Position numbers and translations under genes: made by a program | Shown here: in pieces, positions 11,941 through 24,400 of the stretch | How the letters are laid out: every line of letters begins with the position of its first letter | How positions within the stretch are numbered: position 1 is the stretch's first letter | The notes under the pieces: generated by a model | Told to the model about the DNA's origin: nothing | What the model saw: only the letters and a program-made list of their open reading frames with translations | Database searches by the model: none | Assembly (NCBI RefSeq): GCF_000315625.1 | Contig: NW_005434657.1 | Span: 182,355-245,915 of the forward strand | Direction of reading: 5' to 3' | Length of the DNA: 63,561 bases | Source: Guillardia theta CCMP2712 | Lineage: Eukaryota; Protista; Cryptophyta

Positions 11941-13290
11941 TCAATAATCTCCTTCCTGCTCTGTTCGTGCGTCTCGACGTCCGCTAGATCTGTGCGAGGG
12001 TTGGCCTCCCTTGTCTTGCTCGACCTTTGCTTGCTCCACGGGCTCATCCGCCTCCTCCTCCTGCCTCTGCATCTCCTCGCTCGCTCCGTTCAGCTTGTGC
12101 TCCCCGTTGAGAGACTCAACGGATGAGCGGAACTCGTGCCTGGCCGCATGAAGCAGCTCGCTGGGCACTGGACTTTCCATGTCATCCTTGGAGAATTCGA
12201 AGGACTGAGAGTCGACGCTGTTGTTGTCGAGGATGGTGTTGGTGCTGGACTGAGACACGAAGATCGACCACGCTCCGTTCCCCGTCACCACGTTCTTGCT
12301 GATGTTGGCAACGCTCTCCTCCACCACACAGATGCCTACCTGTCGATTCTGGAAGACCCTGTTGGAGGAGATGACGGCGCGGGAGCAGAAGCTCATGCAG
12401 ATCCCCGCGATGGCGTTGCGGGTGATGTTGTTGTCGTCGATGAGCGCCTGTGCTGACGTGTTGAGCATCACTCCGACCTGCGAGCAGAGGTCGATGTCGC
12501 ACCCCGACACCGTGCACTGAGATCCGAGATCCCCGACGAGGATACCGCAACCGCACTTGACAACGTGGCTCTTCTCCACTGTAGCACAGCCCTGCTTCGA
12601 CACGTAGATGCCATGGGCGTGACAATCCTGAACGTCACAAAAGCGCAGGAGGCAGGAGGCAGACTTGCTGATTCGGATCCCGGTCCGCCCTCCCTTGATC
12701 AAACACCCCTCCATAGTCAGGTCCCCGCACATGTTGTCCACTGCGCAGCTCTTCCTGCTCCCCACTATCGTTAGGTTGCACATTCGAACCTCAGACGCTT
12801 CCAGCAGCACAGTCGCCGAGCTCGCCGCCCCCCACACGAAGTCATCAGGCATCTCGATCACGACGTCCTGCACCTTCCCCACTCCGATCAGCTGCACTCG
12901 CTTCCGGACAGCGATCGCCTCCCTGTATCGCCCTGGCTCCACTCTGATCAGATCTCCGTCTCTCGCCGAGTCCAGCGCTTCTTGGATGGTCTTGTACTCC
13001 CCCGGCACCTGCAGGACACGCTTCTTGTGCGCCAACTTCACTGCCTGGATCCCCTTGTCCACGATGGCGAGAGATTCCGGCCGAACAAACTGCACCGCTC
13101 GTCCGAAGCTTCCATGGACTCCCTCCTCCAGCCTTGACTTGGAAGTCTCCGCATCCCAGTCGTACGCTCTCAGCTCACGGGACGCGATGCCGACGGCGCT
13201 GGTGGTGGGAAGCCCCCCCTCCCAGTCGTTCATCTTGAAGAAGTGCTGAAAGCTGCAGTCCCTCATCTCCTTCGATTCAAAGCACCCCAT
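11941..13290 (-). CDS. Right-handed parallel beta-helix (PbH1/NosD-like) protein with N-terminal MGC acylation motif
   Basis: 449-aa ORF. VPGEYKTIQEALDSARDGDLIRVEPGRYRE cap followed by repeated N.I..N...GI.V rungs; acidic tail. Confidence 0.85.
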   Translation of the reverse strand: MGCFESKEMRDCSFQHFFKMNDWEGGLPTTSAVGIASRELRAYDWDAETSKSRLEEGVHGSFGRAVQFVRPESLAIVDKGIQAVKLAHKKRVLQVPGEYKTIQEALDSARDGDLIRVEPGRYREAIAVRKRVQLIGVGKVQDVVIEMPDDFVWGAASSATVLLEASEVRMCNLTIVGSRKSCAVDNMCGDLTMEGCLIKGGRTGIRISKSASCLLRFCDVQDCHAHGIYVSKQGCATVEKSHVVKCGCGILVGDLGSQCTVSGCDIDLCSQVGVMLNTSAQALIDDNNITRNAIAGICMSFCSRAVISSNRVFQNRQVGICVVEESVANISKNVVTGNGAWSIFVSQSSTNTILDNNSVDSQSFEFSKDDMESPVPSELLHAARHEFRSSVESLNGEHKLNGASEEMQRQEEEADEPVEQAKVEQDKGGQPSHRSSGRRDARTEQEGDY

Positions 13291-13451
13291 GTCGATTGGT
13301 GCTCAGCGATATGAGGAAAGAATAACAACCAAAACACAAGACTATCAACGTCAGTAGCTCATCCCAGCTTATCGTGGGCTGGCAGTTGTCTCCTCAATTC
13401 CCTTCACTCAATGTTTTCAGTCTTCAAGTGCCTGCAAACAAAGATTATGAG

Positions 13452-13682
13452 TTGATGTGATGTGATGTGATGTGATGTGATGTGATGTGATGTGATGTGA
13501 TGTGATGTGATGTGATGTGATGTGATGTGATGTGATGTGATGTGAGAGATGTGATGTGAGAGGAGACGAGATGAGTTGAGAGGAGAAGAGATGAGATGAG
13601 AAGAGATGAGATGAGATGAGATGAGATGAGATGAGATGAGATGAGATGAGATGAGATGAGATGAGATGAGATGAGATGAGAT
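13452..13682. repeat. Compound microsatellite (TGATG)n-(AGATG)n
   Basis: Direct reading of the sequence. Confidence 0.95.
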
Positions 13683-15617
13683 GGAAATGATAGGGATGGC
13701 TCTCAACCAGGCTCAAAGCTCACTTGTGTGTAACTTCTTTCATTTACACGTCCCGGTCTGTAAATAACCGAATTCATCTTCTCGCTACATGATCGTGCCC
13801 CCCTATCCCATACATCTTCTCGCCATTGACCCTGCCACAAACTACGTGTCTCTTCTCCAGCCATACCTCGTGATCTGTCTCTCTCCTCTCCTCTCCATCT
13901 CTTCTTTTCCTTTCCCACCCTGCCTACGTGCATTCTCGCATCGTCGATACGATCCAACGATTCCAGGTGTGGGGTAGGGTAGTCTGATCAAGGGGGGTAG
14001 GGTCATTAAAGGGTGGGGTAGTATAGCCCAAATTGTTCTTTCCACCAAGTGGGGAAACAGCAATTGTTGTGGATGGAGGAGGTAGGGGTCATCAAACAGA
14101 GGGTTGTGGAGTTGATAGGCGGGGTCATCTAAAAAGGGGTGTCTCAAAATAGGAAGTTGAGTAACGATGGCAGGACTGTAGCCGGCGATCGATGGCTGAT
14201 GCAGTGAACGAGGGGCGGAGAGAGGGAGGGGAGGGAGGGGAGGGAGGGGAGGGGGCAGGAGAGATGAGAACAAGTTGCAGGAGACTGGTCACGGGGATCA
14301 GATGAAAGTCAGAGCCGCACCTGGAGCTGCAACTCTGCGACGAGAAATTTGCTGACGAGAATGTAGAGCATAGAAGCAATGAGCCCCTCTGTAAATTTTC
14401 GTAGATGATCTACAAGGTATTAGCGTTGTTTCCCTTACTTATAAACGGTTTATCCAAATGCTGCATCGCTCTCCTCTCCTCGCTTCTCCTTCGCTCTCCC
14501 TCCTAAGTACATACGCAAGTGTTCATCACCTTTTGATCTGCAACCATTCATTCACGTTCATTCTTTTTCTTGGGAAAGCACGAAGCTTGAGAGGTCCAGG
14601 TTTGGTCTTTTGCTACAGCATATCACGACGTCATGAGCGTGAGAGGTTTTTGTTTACTGTACAACAGAAGAAACAAGACAGAAATGGTACTAAATTACAG
14701 CTGCAGGCAAACAAGACAAAAGAAAGACGACAAGAACACTACAGGTTACAGCTTCAAATTTCAGTCGACATTGATTTTAGGTTTGCCCATCTGTCGGAAC
14801 TATTTCACCGCAATGAACACGTTTTCTCTTCTGTCGCATCCCTGTCTCGTGACTGCGTTGCTCGAGGCCTCGGAGCTGTCGAGCATGTAGCACGTTCAGC
14901 AGCAAAAAGCTTCCTTCCCCTGGAACAACACAAGTTTTTGGTTCGCGATCATCTTTCATGGTTGTTTTCATCGATGATTCCTTTACAACGCCCCCAGCAC
15001 TGTCCTCTTGCTTCTTCACGAACTGCTTCTGACTCGCGTCCAGCTCGAACCGCCTTCGTTTCGCATTCAGTTTTGGGACGAAGAAATCGATACATCTGGG
15101 GTCGGGCAGAGTGATGAAGAGAGGAGCATTCATGGTGGGCTGAGCCAAGAGTGACACGAGATCGGATTGGCAGCAGTTTGTGACGGTAGGTGCGGGGAGG
15201 ACCGGGAGGTGCAGAGCAGGTAATCACGTCACCTTTATCATGGATGCTTACTAAAAAGTGCTTATTGAGCATCATCAATATTTTACTACAGGGACAACGT
15301 CACGACCTTTTCCTTTGACCCCTTGACACCACGTTGAACTTTGCATAAATTACGTTCACCGGACTCGAACTCACATCCCACTTGACATCAAATGCTGTGG
15401 TGACCAACCTTGCGATGCTCTCTACATTTTCCGAATAACACTCTTGTTCGTAACTTTTGTCCGACATGTCAAAGATATGGAGTTGTGAAATTACATTTCA
15501 ATGTCTTCATCGTACCGGTTTAATCACGTGTGCATTTACAAGAAATTCATCCTACTTCATCGTTGAGGTGTCATAATACTATCGTGTACAGTGCTCTGAA
15601 CTTGGCGTTATTCCAGC

Positions 15618-16958
15618 TCATATCACATTGTGACTCTGATTCTTAGCGAGGATTGTCTGCGCGATCTTGATGATTGGCGTGTACATGGTTTCAAGTTCTT
15701 TCGCATACGCCCTTAGTCTTGTCTCCCCCTCCACCGTCTTCTGCATACCCAAAATCGTCTCGTCCTGGAGAGTCAACGAAACATCAGGCAAGCACGCAGA
15801 CGCTCTAAGGAGTACCGCGAACAAGTCAGTTTCGAAGCTCCTCATAAGCTCGTCGTAGGATCTTCCGTTGAGAGAGAGCCTTGAGAACTTAGACGCCTCG
15901 TTCCCAGACTTCATGGCATCTTCGAACTGATGCTTGTCCAGCTGCCAAACAGTAGATTGTCAAGGCGTTGGGCATTGACGCATCTAAAAGAGATAAGATC
16001 TAGATCAATCTACACTCACCGTAACGACGTATGACTTCATTGACCGAGACCGTCCCGTCCAATCCAGGTCTTGCTTCTGGATCAGGTGTACAATACAGCA
16101 CTCGCCCTCTGAGTTGGCTCCCAGCTTTCTGGACCGCGCGTACATGGAAAAAGTCTTGGTCGGATTCGTTGCAAACGACCAAATGCTATACATGACGTAG
16201 CTGAAGTAGGCGAATTCCGTAGACAGAAGGGGCAGTTCACGATTTGCGATTCTTGAAAGGATTTCTTCCACGTGGATTCCTATGCTCGAGCTCCACCCTT
16301 GTGATACATAGATATCTGCCCTCTTCCCAGTCTTGGGGTCCAAGTGGTGCTTCACGAACCCAACACTGGTTTCGTGTTCAAAGAAAACCCTCTCCACTTC
16401 CATCCCTCCAGAGGAGGCGTCTTCTTGATTCGACAGCACGTCGATCGGAGGCAGACTCTTTTGCTTCTCGACGTACAGGATTTCGATAGCATGCAAGGCT
16501 CGCAAGGTGATGGACTTGAGATAAGGTGGAAGGTTGACGAAGATGTTGATAATGGCCCTCGAGTCATAACCAAACTCACAGATTCGCGCCATCACCATGT
16601 TCGGCCAGCCCATCGACGTCATGGCCTCGCGCAGCTGAGACGGCCTGTCAAACCTTAGCGACCTCGTGTTGAAGGGGATGGGGCGCTCCACGTGATCCAT
16701 CCAGCTGTCGCGGAACAAGGATGATACATCATGGGCGAGGGGAGAGCGCGAGCCAGCGCACGATGCGATCCTCTTGGTGGCGATGTTGGATTTCATAGAC
16801 ACCTGCTCCTCATCTTCGACATCCAACGGCCTTTTGTGGGAGATCACGGTTGATACTATCATGCCCTCTGGCTCCTTCTTGCGTTCCAACATGAAAAAGT
16901 CTGAGCTTCTTGTTGAATGAAAATCGTCACCAAACACATCCAAGTTGACAAGAGCCAT
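15618..16958 (-). CDS. Two-exon hypothetical protein
   Basis: 317-aa ORF ends at a GTGAGT donor (~16019). A TTTGGCAG acceptor resumes in frame with LDKHQFEDAMKSGNE...NHVI-like tail to the stop at 15618. Confidence 0.65.
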
Positions 16959-18059
16959 TCTCGTCGACCAGACGCAAAGTTGGTGTCAACTGGGTGTCTG
17001 CAAATCGAGTAAGAATAAACAAGAATCAGAATATCATCACAGAGCAGCACAACAGCAAAAAATATTTTGGTTTGGCCTGGCCATCGGTTCCCACCTTTAT
17101 CTCTTCTTATCTCCACTCTGGCAAGCCCTTCATCTTCTCTCATCTTACATTCGCTCAAAAATCGTTTTCCTGCCCTCTGTTCTTGCCTGAACCTCTCCTT
17201 GCCCTCCAATTCTGTTCTTTCATTACTCAACAATTGCTTTGTAAATGACTTCTGCCCTGCCCTGCCCTGCTCTGGTCAGCTCAGCTCATTTCATGATCAA
17301 CATCCTCTGTTCTATTGTATCTTCACTGTTCTCCTGACTTGTTTGCTTCTCTCCTGTTTGTCTTGTCTGTCATTCTTCTACAAGCCTTTCCTCCCTCCCT
17401 ATCTCATGGCCAGCATTATTCTCCGCCTCCCAACAGCTCAAAATGTAATATAAAAACTACCTAAAATGACTGTTTAGTACCACATGAGTAAAAGCGCCAT
17501 CTCCCAAGATACGGGAAATCGTGCAAAAATGTTTTGAAAGTAATTTTCAGTACTGATATCTCATAAAATAATTATTAAAATTGAAATGGGTTTTAAAGTG
17601 TAAAAAAGAAACACGGACTCCTGGGACATTCGAGGCTCGTAACCTGTGAATGGGATATGGTGGGTAACGTGAGCATGCTGACATAATGTCTCTGAAAGGA
17701 TGTGTTTTGAAGTCGGGGATGCTCATTTTGCCTGTCAGCATGCTGACGTCCTGATCCGGCGACCCGTCCGTGGTCTTATCTTCTCCTCCTCCTCCTGCGG
17801 ATTTAAGCTCTACCCATCTGCTGTCCTCTTCCTCAACCGCCTGCTAAACGATCAGTCAGCCTTCCTCTCTGGCCGTTGTTTTGCTCCCTGTTCTCCTCTC
17901 CTCTGGTATTGATCCTCGTCCCAATCGTCACATCCTTCGCTCCGCTCCGATCGTCTTGGGGTTCTCCTTCTCGAACCCCTCTCCTGCCCTCTCCTGCACT
18001 TCCCCTTCCTTCATCCCTGCCTCTTCTCTTGCCGCCCTTCCCCGTCGCATGAGGAAGCG

Positions 18060-18296
18060 ATGCCTCTGAATATCCTCGTTCCAAGTGCTTATTACCTTCA
18101 ATGGCGGAGTTCGACAGGGGTACGCAAGTGCTCGTTCAAGCTCGATTACAATCAGAAGACATTTATGCGAAAGCAGAAGAAAGTCATGGTTGAAACCAAG
18201 TGGCAGGTGGACGGCAAGGAAAAGGCATCCAGCTGCTATGCGAACATACTGTCTGCTCGGCTAAAGAAGCTGAAATGCAAGGAGGAATCGTCATGA
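18060..18296 (+). CDS. Possible small basic hypothetical protein or exon
   Basis: 78-aa ORF with coding-like composition; no family recognised. Confidence 0.25.
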   Translation: MPLNILVPSAYYLQWRSSTGVRKCSFKLDYNQKTFMRKQKKVMVETKWQVDGKEKASSCYANILSARLKKLKCKEESS

Positions 18297-18969
18297 CGGA
18301 TGACAGAGCGCTATTACAATTTTTCACCGGTGAATCAGTTTTAATCAATAGAGAATTGCATACAAATCTTTACATCTCCTACCCAAAAGAACAAGTGAGG
18401 ATGAGATCTCTGATGCGATATTCACGGAGAATCAAAAGTATCTCGAAGCAACCGATGTTAGAATGATGTTTCAAGGTGTAGAAACGGCTGTAGCGAGTTT
18501 GGTAGGAAATTGCTACTTAGGGGAGGAGTCGATGAGAAGATGTTCAGGGAGAGAGCAGGCAGATCAGGAGGGAGGCAGGGAGGCAGGGAGGGGGGAGTGG
18601 GGAGGCATGTTCATTCAAGGCAAAGCTTCCTGCGAAGCAGCTCACTCGCCTCGCTGTCGAGCGAGTTGACCATCTCTGCGAAGACCTTGAAGTGAAGGTC
18701 AAGAGTCGAGAAGAGAACAAAAGGAGAAGAGAAAGAGAGAAGAGAAAGGGAAGAGATCAGAAAGAGAAGAGCAAGAGAAGGAGAGCTGAGCTGAGAAGGA
18801 AAAGAGGGGAGAGAAGAGAAGGAAAGGGAAGGGAAGAAGAAAGGAGAGGAGACGAAAAGAGAGGGGAGAAGAGAGAAGGAGAGAGAGGAAAGAGAGAATA
18901 AAATGCGAGCGGGAGAAGCGGGAAGAAGATAGATGAGAGGAGGAAGAGGACGACGTGGTGTGAATTAGC

Positions 18970-21429
18970 CGAGACAACAGAGGAGGACAAGGATGCTCGC
19001 AGAGAGAAGGAACATGATCGTGCTCACTCACCGTGTTTGTATCCCCGAGCAGCTCTCGTGGAGTCCCGTACTCGATGGCTCGCCCTGCGGGTTGAAATCA
19101 GGAAAGTAGGAGAGGACATGGCTGACATCGAGAGAGAGCCGAAGCAGGAGCAGGAGGATCTTGAGGGAGTAGAGATGAGGTGAACAGGAAGGGGGGAGTG
19201 GAAGAAAGGGTTGAGGGTTCAGGTTTACCTTTGTCCATAACCAAGACCTTGCTGCTTCCAACCAACGCTTGCAACCTGTGGGCCACCTGAACAAACTGTG
19301 AGAAAGAAGCGAGGGGAGGGGAGGAAGTGAAGGGTGAAGGAAGGAGACGGCGAAGCGACCGTGTGGAGATCCTTTACCTGGATAACGGTCGCTTGTGACG
19401 CAGACTTGGCAATCTCCTTGATGACCTGAAACAATTCTAAACACCAAGAATGATACTGGTAGTGATGGTGATGGAGGAGGAGGGCATATGGCATTATGAG
19501 GATGGTTCTTACTCTCATCTCAGACTCCAGGTCGAGAGAAGATGTAGCTTCGTCTAGCACCAGGATCTGAGGCAGGAGGGTAACACGTCAATCACCAACA
19601 GAGGGAAGTTGGATTGAGGGACATCGGAGGGCAAGGAGGAGAGAAAGAAGGAACGTCTCGTGGAAGGGAGGAAGCGAGGGAGGCAGGGAGGCAGGGATAG
19701 GGGGGAGGGAGGCAGGCAGGGAGGCAGGGATAGGGGGGAGGGAGAGGATCTTCTCATCTTACCTTCCGGTCTCTCAGAAGTGCTCGAGCTATGCAGATCA
19801 GCTGTCGCTGCCCGTGCGACAAGTTTTCTCCCAGGTCGGCGACCTGGCGAGTTTCAGTTTTGACGAACTCGTCGCGGCCCTCGCAGCAGTAAACCTCTGC
19901 TTCGAGCCCTCCCAGACTTTCAACTTTCTCCTTTAGCCCTGTCAACTGTGACCAGAGAGTGAGGGAGGAAGCGGGGAGCAGAGAGGAGTAGGAGAAGGAG
20001 ACGGAGTAGGAGGAGCAGGAGCAGGAGGTAAGATGGAGCAAGGGATATTCCGCACAAGAAGAAGCAACGGGAGGGAGAGCAGGACAGGACAAGGGAGGAG
20101 AGGAGGTTGTAGGCCATATGGCTTGATTTGAAACCTGTAAGATGTTCCAAAGGTGACTGTCAGAATCATGCTCGTTGTGGGGGTCAAGGTTCTTTCTGAG
20201 TGAGCCGGAGAAGATAATCGGGTCTTGACTGACGATCTGGCGCGTTGAAAACTCAGAGAACAGACATGTCACTTGCCTCATGATCTACCGAGATGGAAGA
20301 CCTCAATGTCGTCAGCCCCAACTTGCCGATGTCAACATTGTCGATCGTTATGCTGTTGGGCGTTGAGATGTGAACTGACAGGTCTCATCGCTCTTCTCCC
20401 CTCACCTTCCTTGCTCGCAGTCCACCAGACGCTGCACAGCAGAGAGAAAGAGCAGGTGAGAACTTTGGAACATTCCAGTCAATCGATCATTACGAGCAGC
20501 GCTGTGACGACAGAAGATTTCCCTGCTCCTGTTCTCCCAACAATCCCTGTCATAGCATCAACATCTCGGCCTCCTGCTGCTGTTCTTCGCTCTCACCCAT
20601 CTTCTCCCCCGCTGCAACGAACAGGGAAAGTCCGTTGATTGCTGGAGAACTCTAATGATAGGAAGCAGCATTCTTGTCATGGGCAGAATTTGCTGTAATC
20701 AAGAGAAGGAGCAGATAGGAGAAGATAGGAGAAGGAGAGAGAAGGAGAAGGAGAGAGGAGAAGGAGGAGAGAGGAGGAGAGAGGAGGAGAAGGAGGAGAG
20801 AGCAGAGAGCAGGAGAGTTGCTGATTGATGGCGACGAAGATGATGCCTTACTTGCGATGGATATCTCATGACGACTTGTCGAAATTCAACAGCACCTTCA
20901 TCCGTCATCACTGATCATCGGGAGTACTCAATAACCCCTCCTCACCGCTCCTGGGCCATTCAGGGTCAAGCTGATCCTCAAAATCCGTCCGACCAAGATT
21001 TTCTCTGCGTTGTTTGATCAATCTCAACAACATCGCACGAAGGCCGATCAGAAGGAGAAGACGAACGAGAGGCTGTATACAGGGACGGAAACAACTAGGG
21101 AGAAAGCGCTGGTCCTTACCTTGGTGTCTTCCGGCAGTACCTCAACAAACTTTCTCGGACTCTAGCAAGGTCCTGTTGATGACTGTCAGTACTCTCGAAA
21201 CATGTCCACGATAACGAACTGACCTGAAGGTCAAGCTTGCGAAGAACAAATGCATGCACGCAGAAAGAGCCAAAGCAAAGGTTGAGAATCATGAAAGCTG
21301 AAATTGAAAGATTACTGTGGTCATTACAACTATGATCATCGACAACAAAACAAAAACAACAACATCGTCATCGTCGTCGTCGTCGTCGTCGTCATCGTCG
21401 TCTTTATCATCATCATCACCTTCATCGCC

Positions 21430-21492
<63 letters not shown>

Positions 21493-24400
21493 TCCATCAT
21501 CTCCATCATTTCCATCATGATCACAAAAGCAGTCACCAGAGTTTGCAGGTGAGACAGCAAACGCGTTGGACGCAAGTCCATGTTTGGCGGTGTGGAGCAC
21601 AATCCCGACGGCAGTGACAGTGTAGAACAAGACAGAAAGAAGCATTGTCATCACCTGGAGAACAACACCATCAGCCTCTAAACTTTTTGTTCCTTTGAGT
21701 TTACGATACCATCAACCAAGAATCTGTCTTGCAAGACATCAGCGCGATCTGGGTATGAGCATCGAATCGTTTTCTGCAGGAGATATCCATCAGGATGGAA
21801 AGTTCGATTCTGTACACGCCCTCTCATCGTTCTCACTCAAACTCTTTCAGCATGATCTTCTGATGTCGGTAGGCCCTGATGGAAGGGAGTCCCTTCGGAA
21901 CGACTTTCAGGCAGGCCACCCGCGGGAGGTTGTAACGGCAGAGACCTCTAGAGTTGTTGAGAAGTGAGCGAGGATAGACGGACGGATCTTCTCGTGCAAG
22001 GTTTTCAACCCCTTGCAGGATTTGAACGTGTTGGAGACCTTGTGAGTAAAGACAAGTCAGAGGATACATGTCTAGGTCTGTACATCACTATCCACGTCAT
22101 GATATGAACTCACGATACTTGTCGTATATGTTCATACCATGACGTGCATCTTGACGCATCGTGATATCGTGTCAAGATCACTGGGAAACAAGACTTACAT
22201 TGTTGATGAGGAAGAGCGTGATGAGTGCGACTACTACCAACCAGTATACGTAGAAACAACACAGAACAGCAATGGCTGTTGAAAAACAATCAACGAGGAA
22301 AGAAAGTTCACATCATGGCATCTTGTACCAATGCCATAGCAGAAGCCGTAGAGAAAGAAATCAGATGCCATCAGGACCTGCAACATTTTTGTCATCCAGC
22401 CTGTTCCCCTTCCGAGCTTCCTCCTCACGGAAAGATCCAGTTGAGCGAGGGATTGAGCGAACAAATTCACAACCTTCCCGCTTTCGATCTGCAGACAGAA
22501 AAGTCAGCCCCTCTTTCACGATCATCAGAGGCTTCATCGTCATTCATTGATGCACTCATTCATTGAAATCTTGATCGTGTTGCTATCATCATGATTGTTG
22601 TTCCATCATGATTGTTATCATATTCATCTTCATTGTCATGTAATATCATCTTCTTCGCACCTGATCGAGGTGCGCGACGGGGCTGCCAAGAACGCTCTCC
22701 ACCAGCTCTCGATGCTGGTGGGCTACTGCCCGGGAGGTTCCGTAGATGTAAACGAAATTGCGAACCTGGAGACGAGACTCAAAAAGACTTTAGGACATTC
22801 TGATCTCCTACCGCACAGGCAAACAACTCGGCAATGACGCAAGCGGCGTAGAAAGGAAGATAATAACTATGAGATGCATCAGCTGGCCTGTCTTTACCTC
22901 TGCTCGCGCCATCACCCTATCTGACTCGTCGACTTCTCTGGATTCTTCAGACCTTCGTCCGCCCATCTGCATTGAGACAAGAAAAGAAGTCTCACTCCAC
23001 CAGACAAGAAACAATCAGCAAACATCATAAACTTCACATCGTCATTTGACAACTTGAGTTTACACATCAGTTCACATGTGACACAAGACACACAATCTGC
23101 CAACATCCTGAAGTTTCTCACCCAGCAAGAATGTAGACACCGAGCTCGACCATCCCTCCTTCAAAGGCGATGATGGAGACAGCGAGGAAAGCATACCAAT
23201 ACCCGCCAACACCTACCCGACGCATCATGTACAGGAGGAGGACGGAGAGCGAGTCAACAGACTAGACAAGAATGAGAACAGAGAGCTGGAGACAACCTCG
23301 AGCAAAGTTCTTGATGAATGTCAAGATCCCTTCTGGCACATCCTCATCATCATCAAACGTCTCCTCGACGCAGGGATCTATGATATTCATCTCTATGGCA
23401 TCAAATTCCTTGTCCTCCCCCGCTGACTTCTCCATCGCACCAACAGAGTTCTGTTTGTGCAGACTGTAGTAATCGCCAGACACCGTCAGCCTGCCTTGCT
23501 CGAGGTGAAGGAGCTTGTGGCAATCTTTGAGAACAAACTCATCATGAGACACTATCAGCCTTGTTGAATCCTTCATGATGCCACAGATGCAATGCTTCCA
23601 GACATGCAGCCTTACTTTCATGTCCAGCGCCTGTCAGAGACAGAAATGAGAAGGGAGAATAAGAATGAGGAGAGGAGCAAGAAGTCAGATGAAAATGATT
23701 CACCGCTAGGGGGTCGTCAAGAAGAACAAAGGGTGAATTGCCATAGGCTGCTCTTGCCAGGCTGAGACGTTGCTGCCAGACACGTCAGAACAGGAAATCC
23801 TTACTTCAGCGAAGAAAGAACACAAGACAAAGTTGAGAGGGCAGGGCAGGGCAGAGCAGGGCGGGGCAGGGCAGGGCGGGGCAGGGCGGGGCAGGGCGGG
23901 GCAGGGGAGGAGAGATCAGAAAGCAGGGATACAACGATGGACTTCAGCAACATTTTCCCTCCCACCTTACCTTCTGTCCCCCAGAGAGATTTACCCCTCT
24001 CTCTCCTATCCTGGTCAGATCTCCCTTGGGCAACAGGACCAGATCCTCGCTCAGCGCGCAAGCCTCGCACACCTGCCGGTACCTCTCTTCCTCCCACCTC
24101 CTCCCCAGCAGGATGTTTTCCCGCAGGCTTGCGTTGAAGATCCAGGGGTTCTGCGGGACCCAGGCAACGGCAACAGGAAGACGTCGCAGGCTCCTCATCG
24201 TCCCCCGAGCGGGAGAGATCTCTCCCATCAACGCGAGCAGGAGGCTGGTCTTGCCGCTTCCTACTTTCCCCTCGATCCCCACCAGACTCCCTGAGTCAAT
24301 CCTGACTGTCATCCCCTCAAGGAGGGGAGGGAGGGGAGGAGAGTTGGTCTCTTTGCCCCCCCTTAACTGAGAGGAAGGCGAAGTGGGATCCTGTCTTGCT

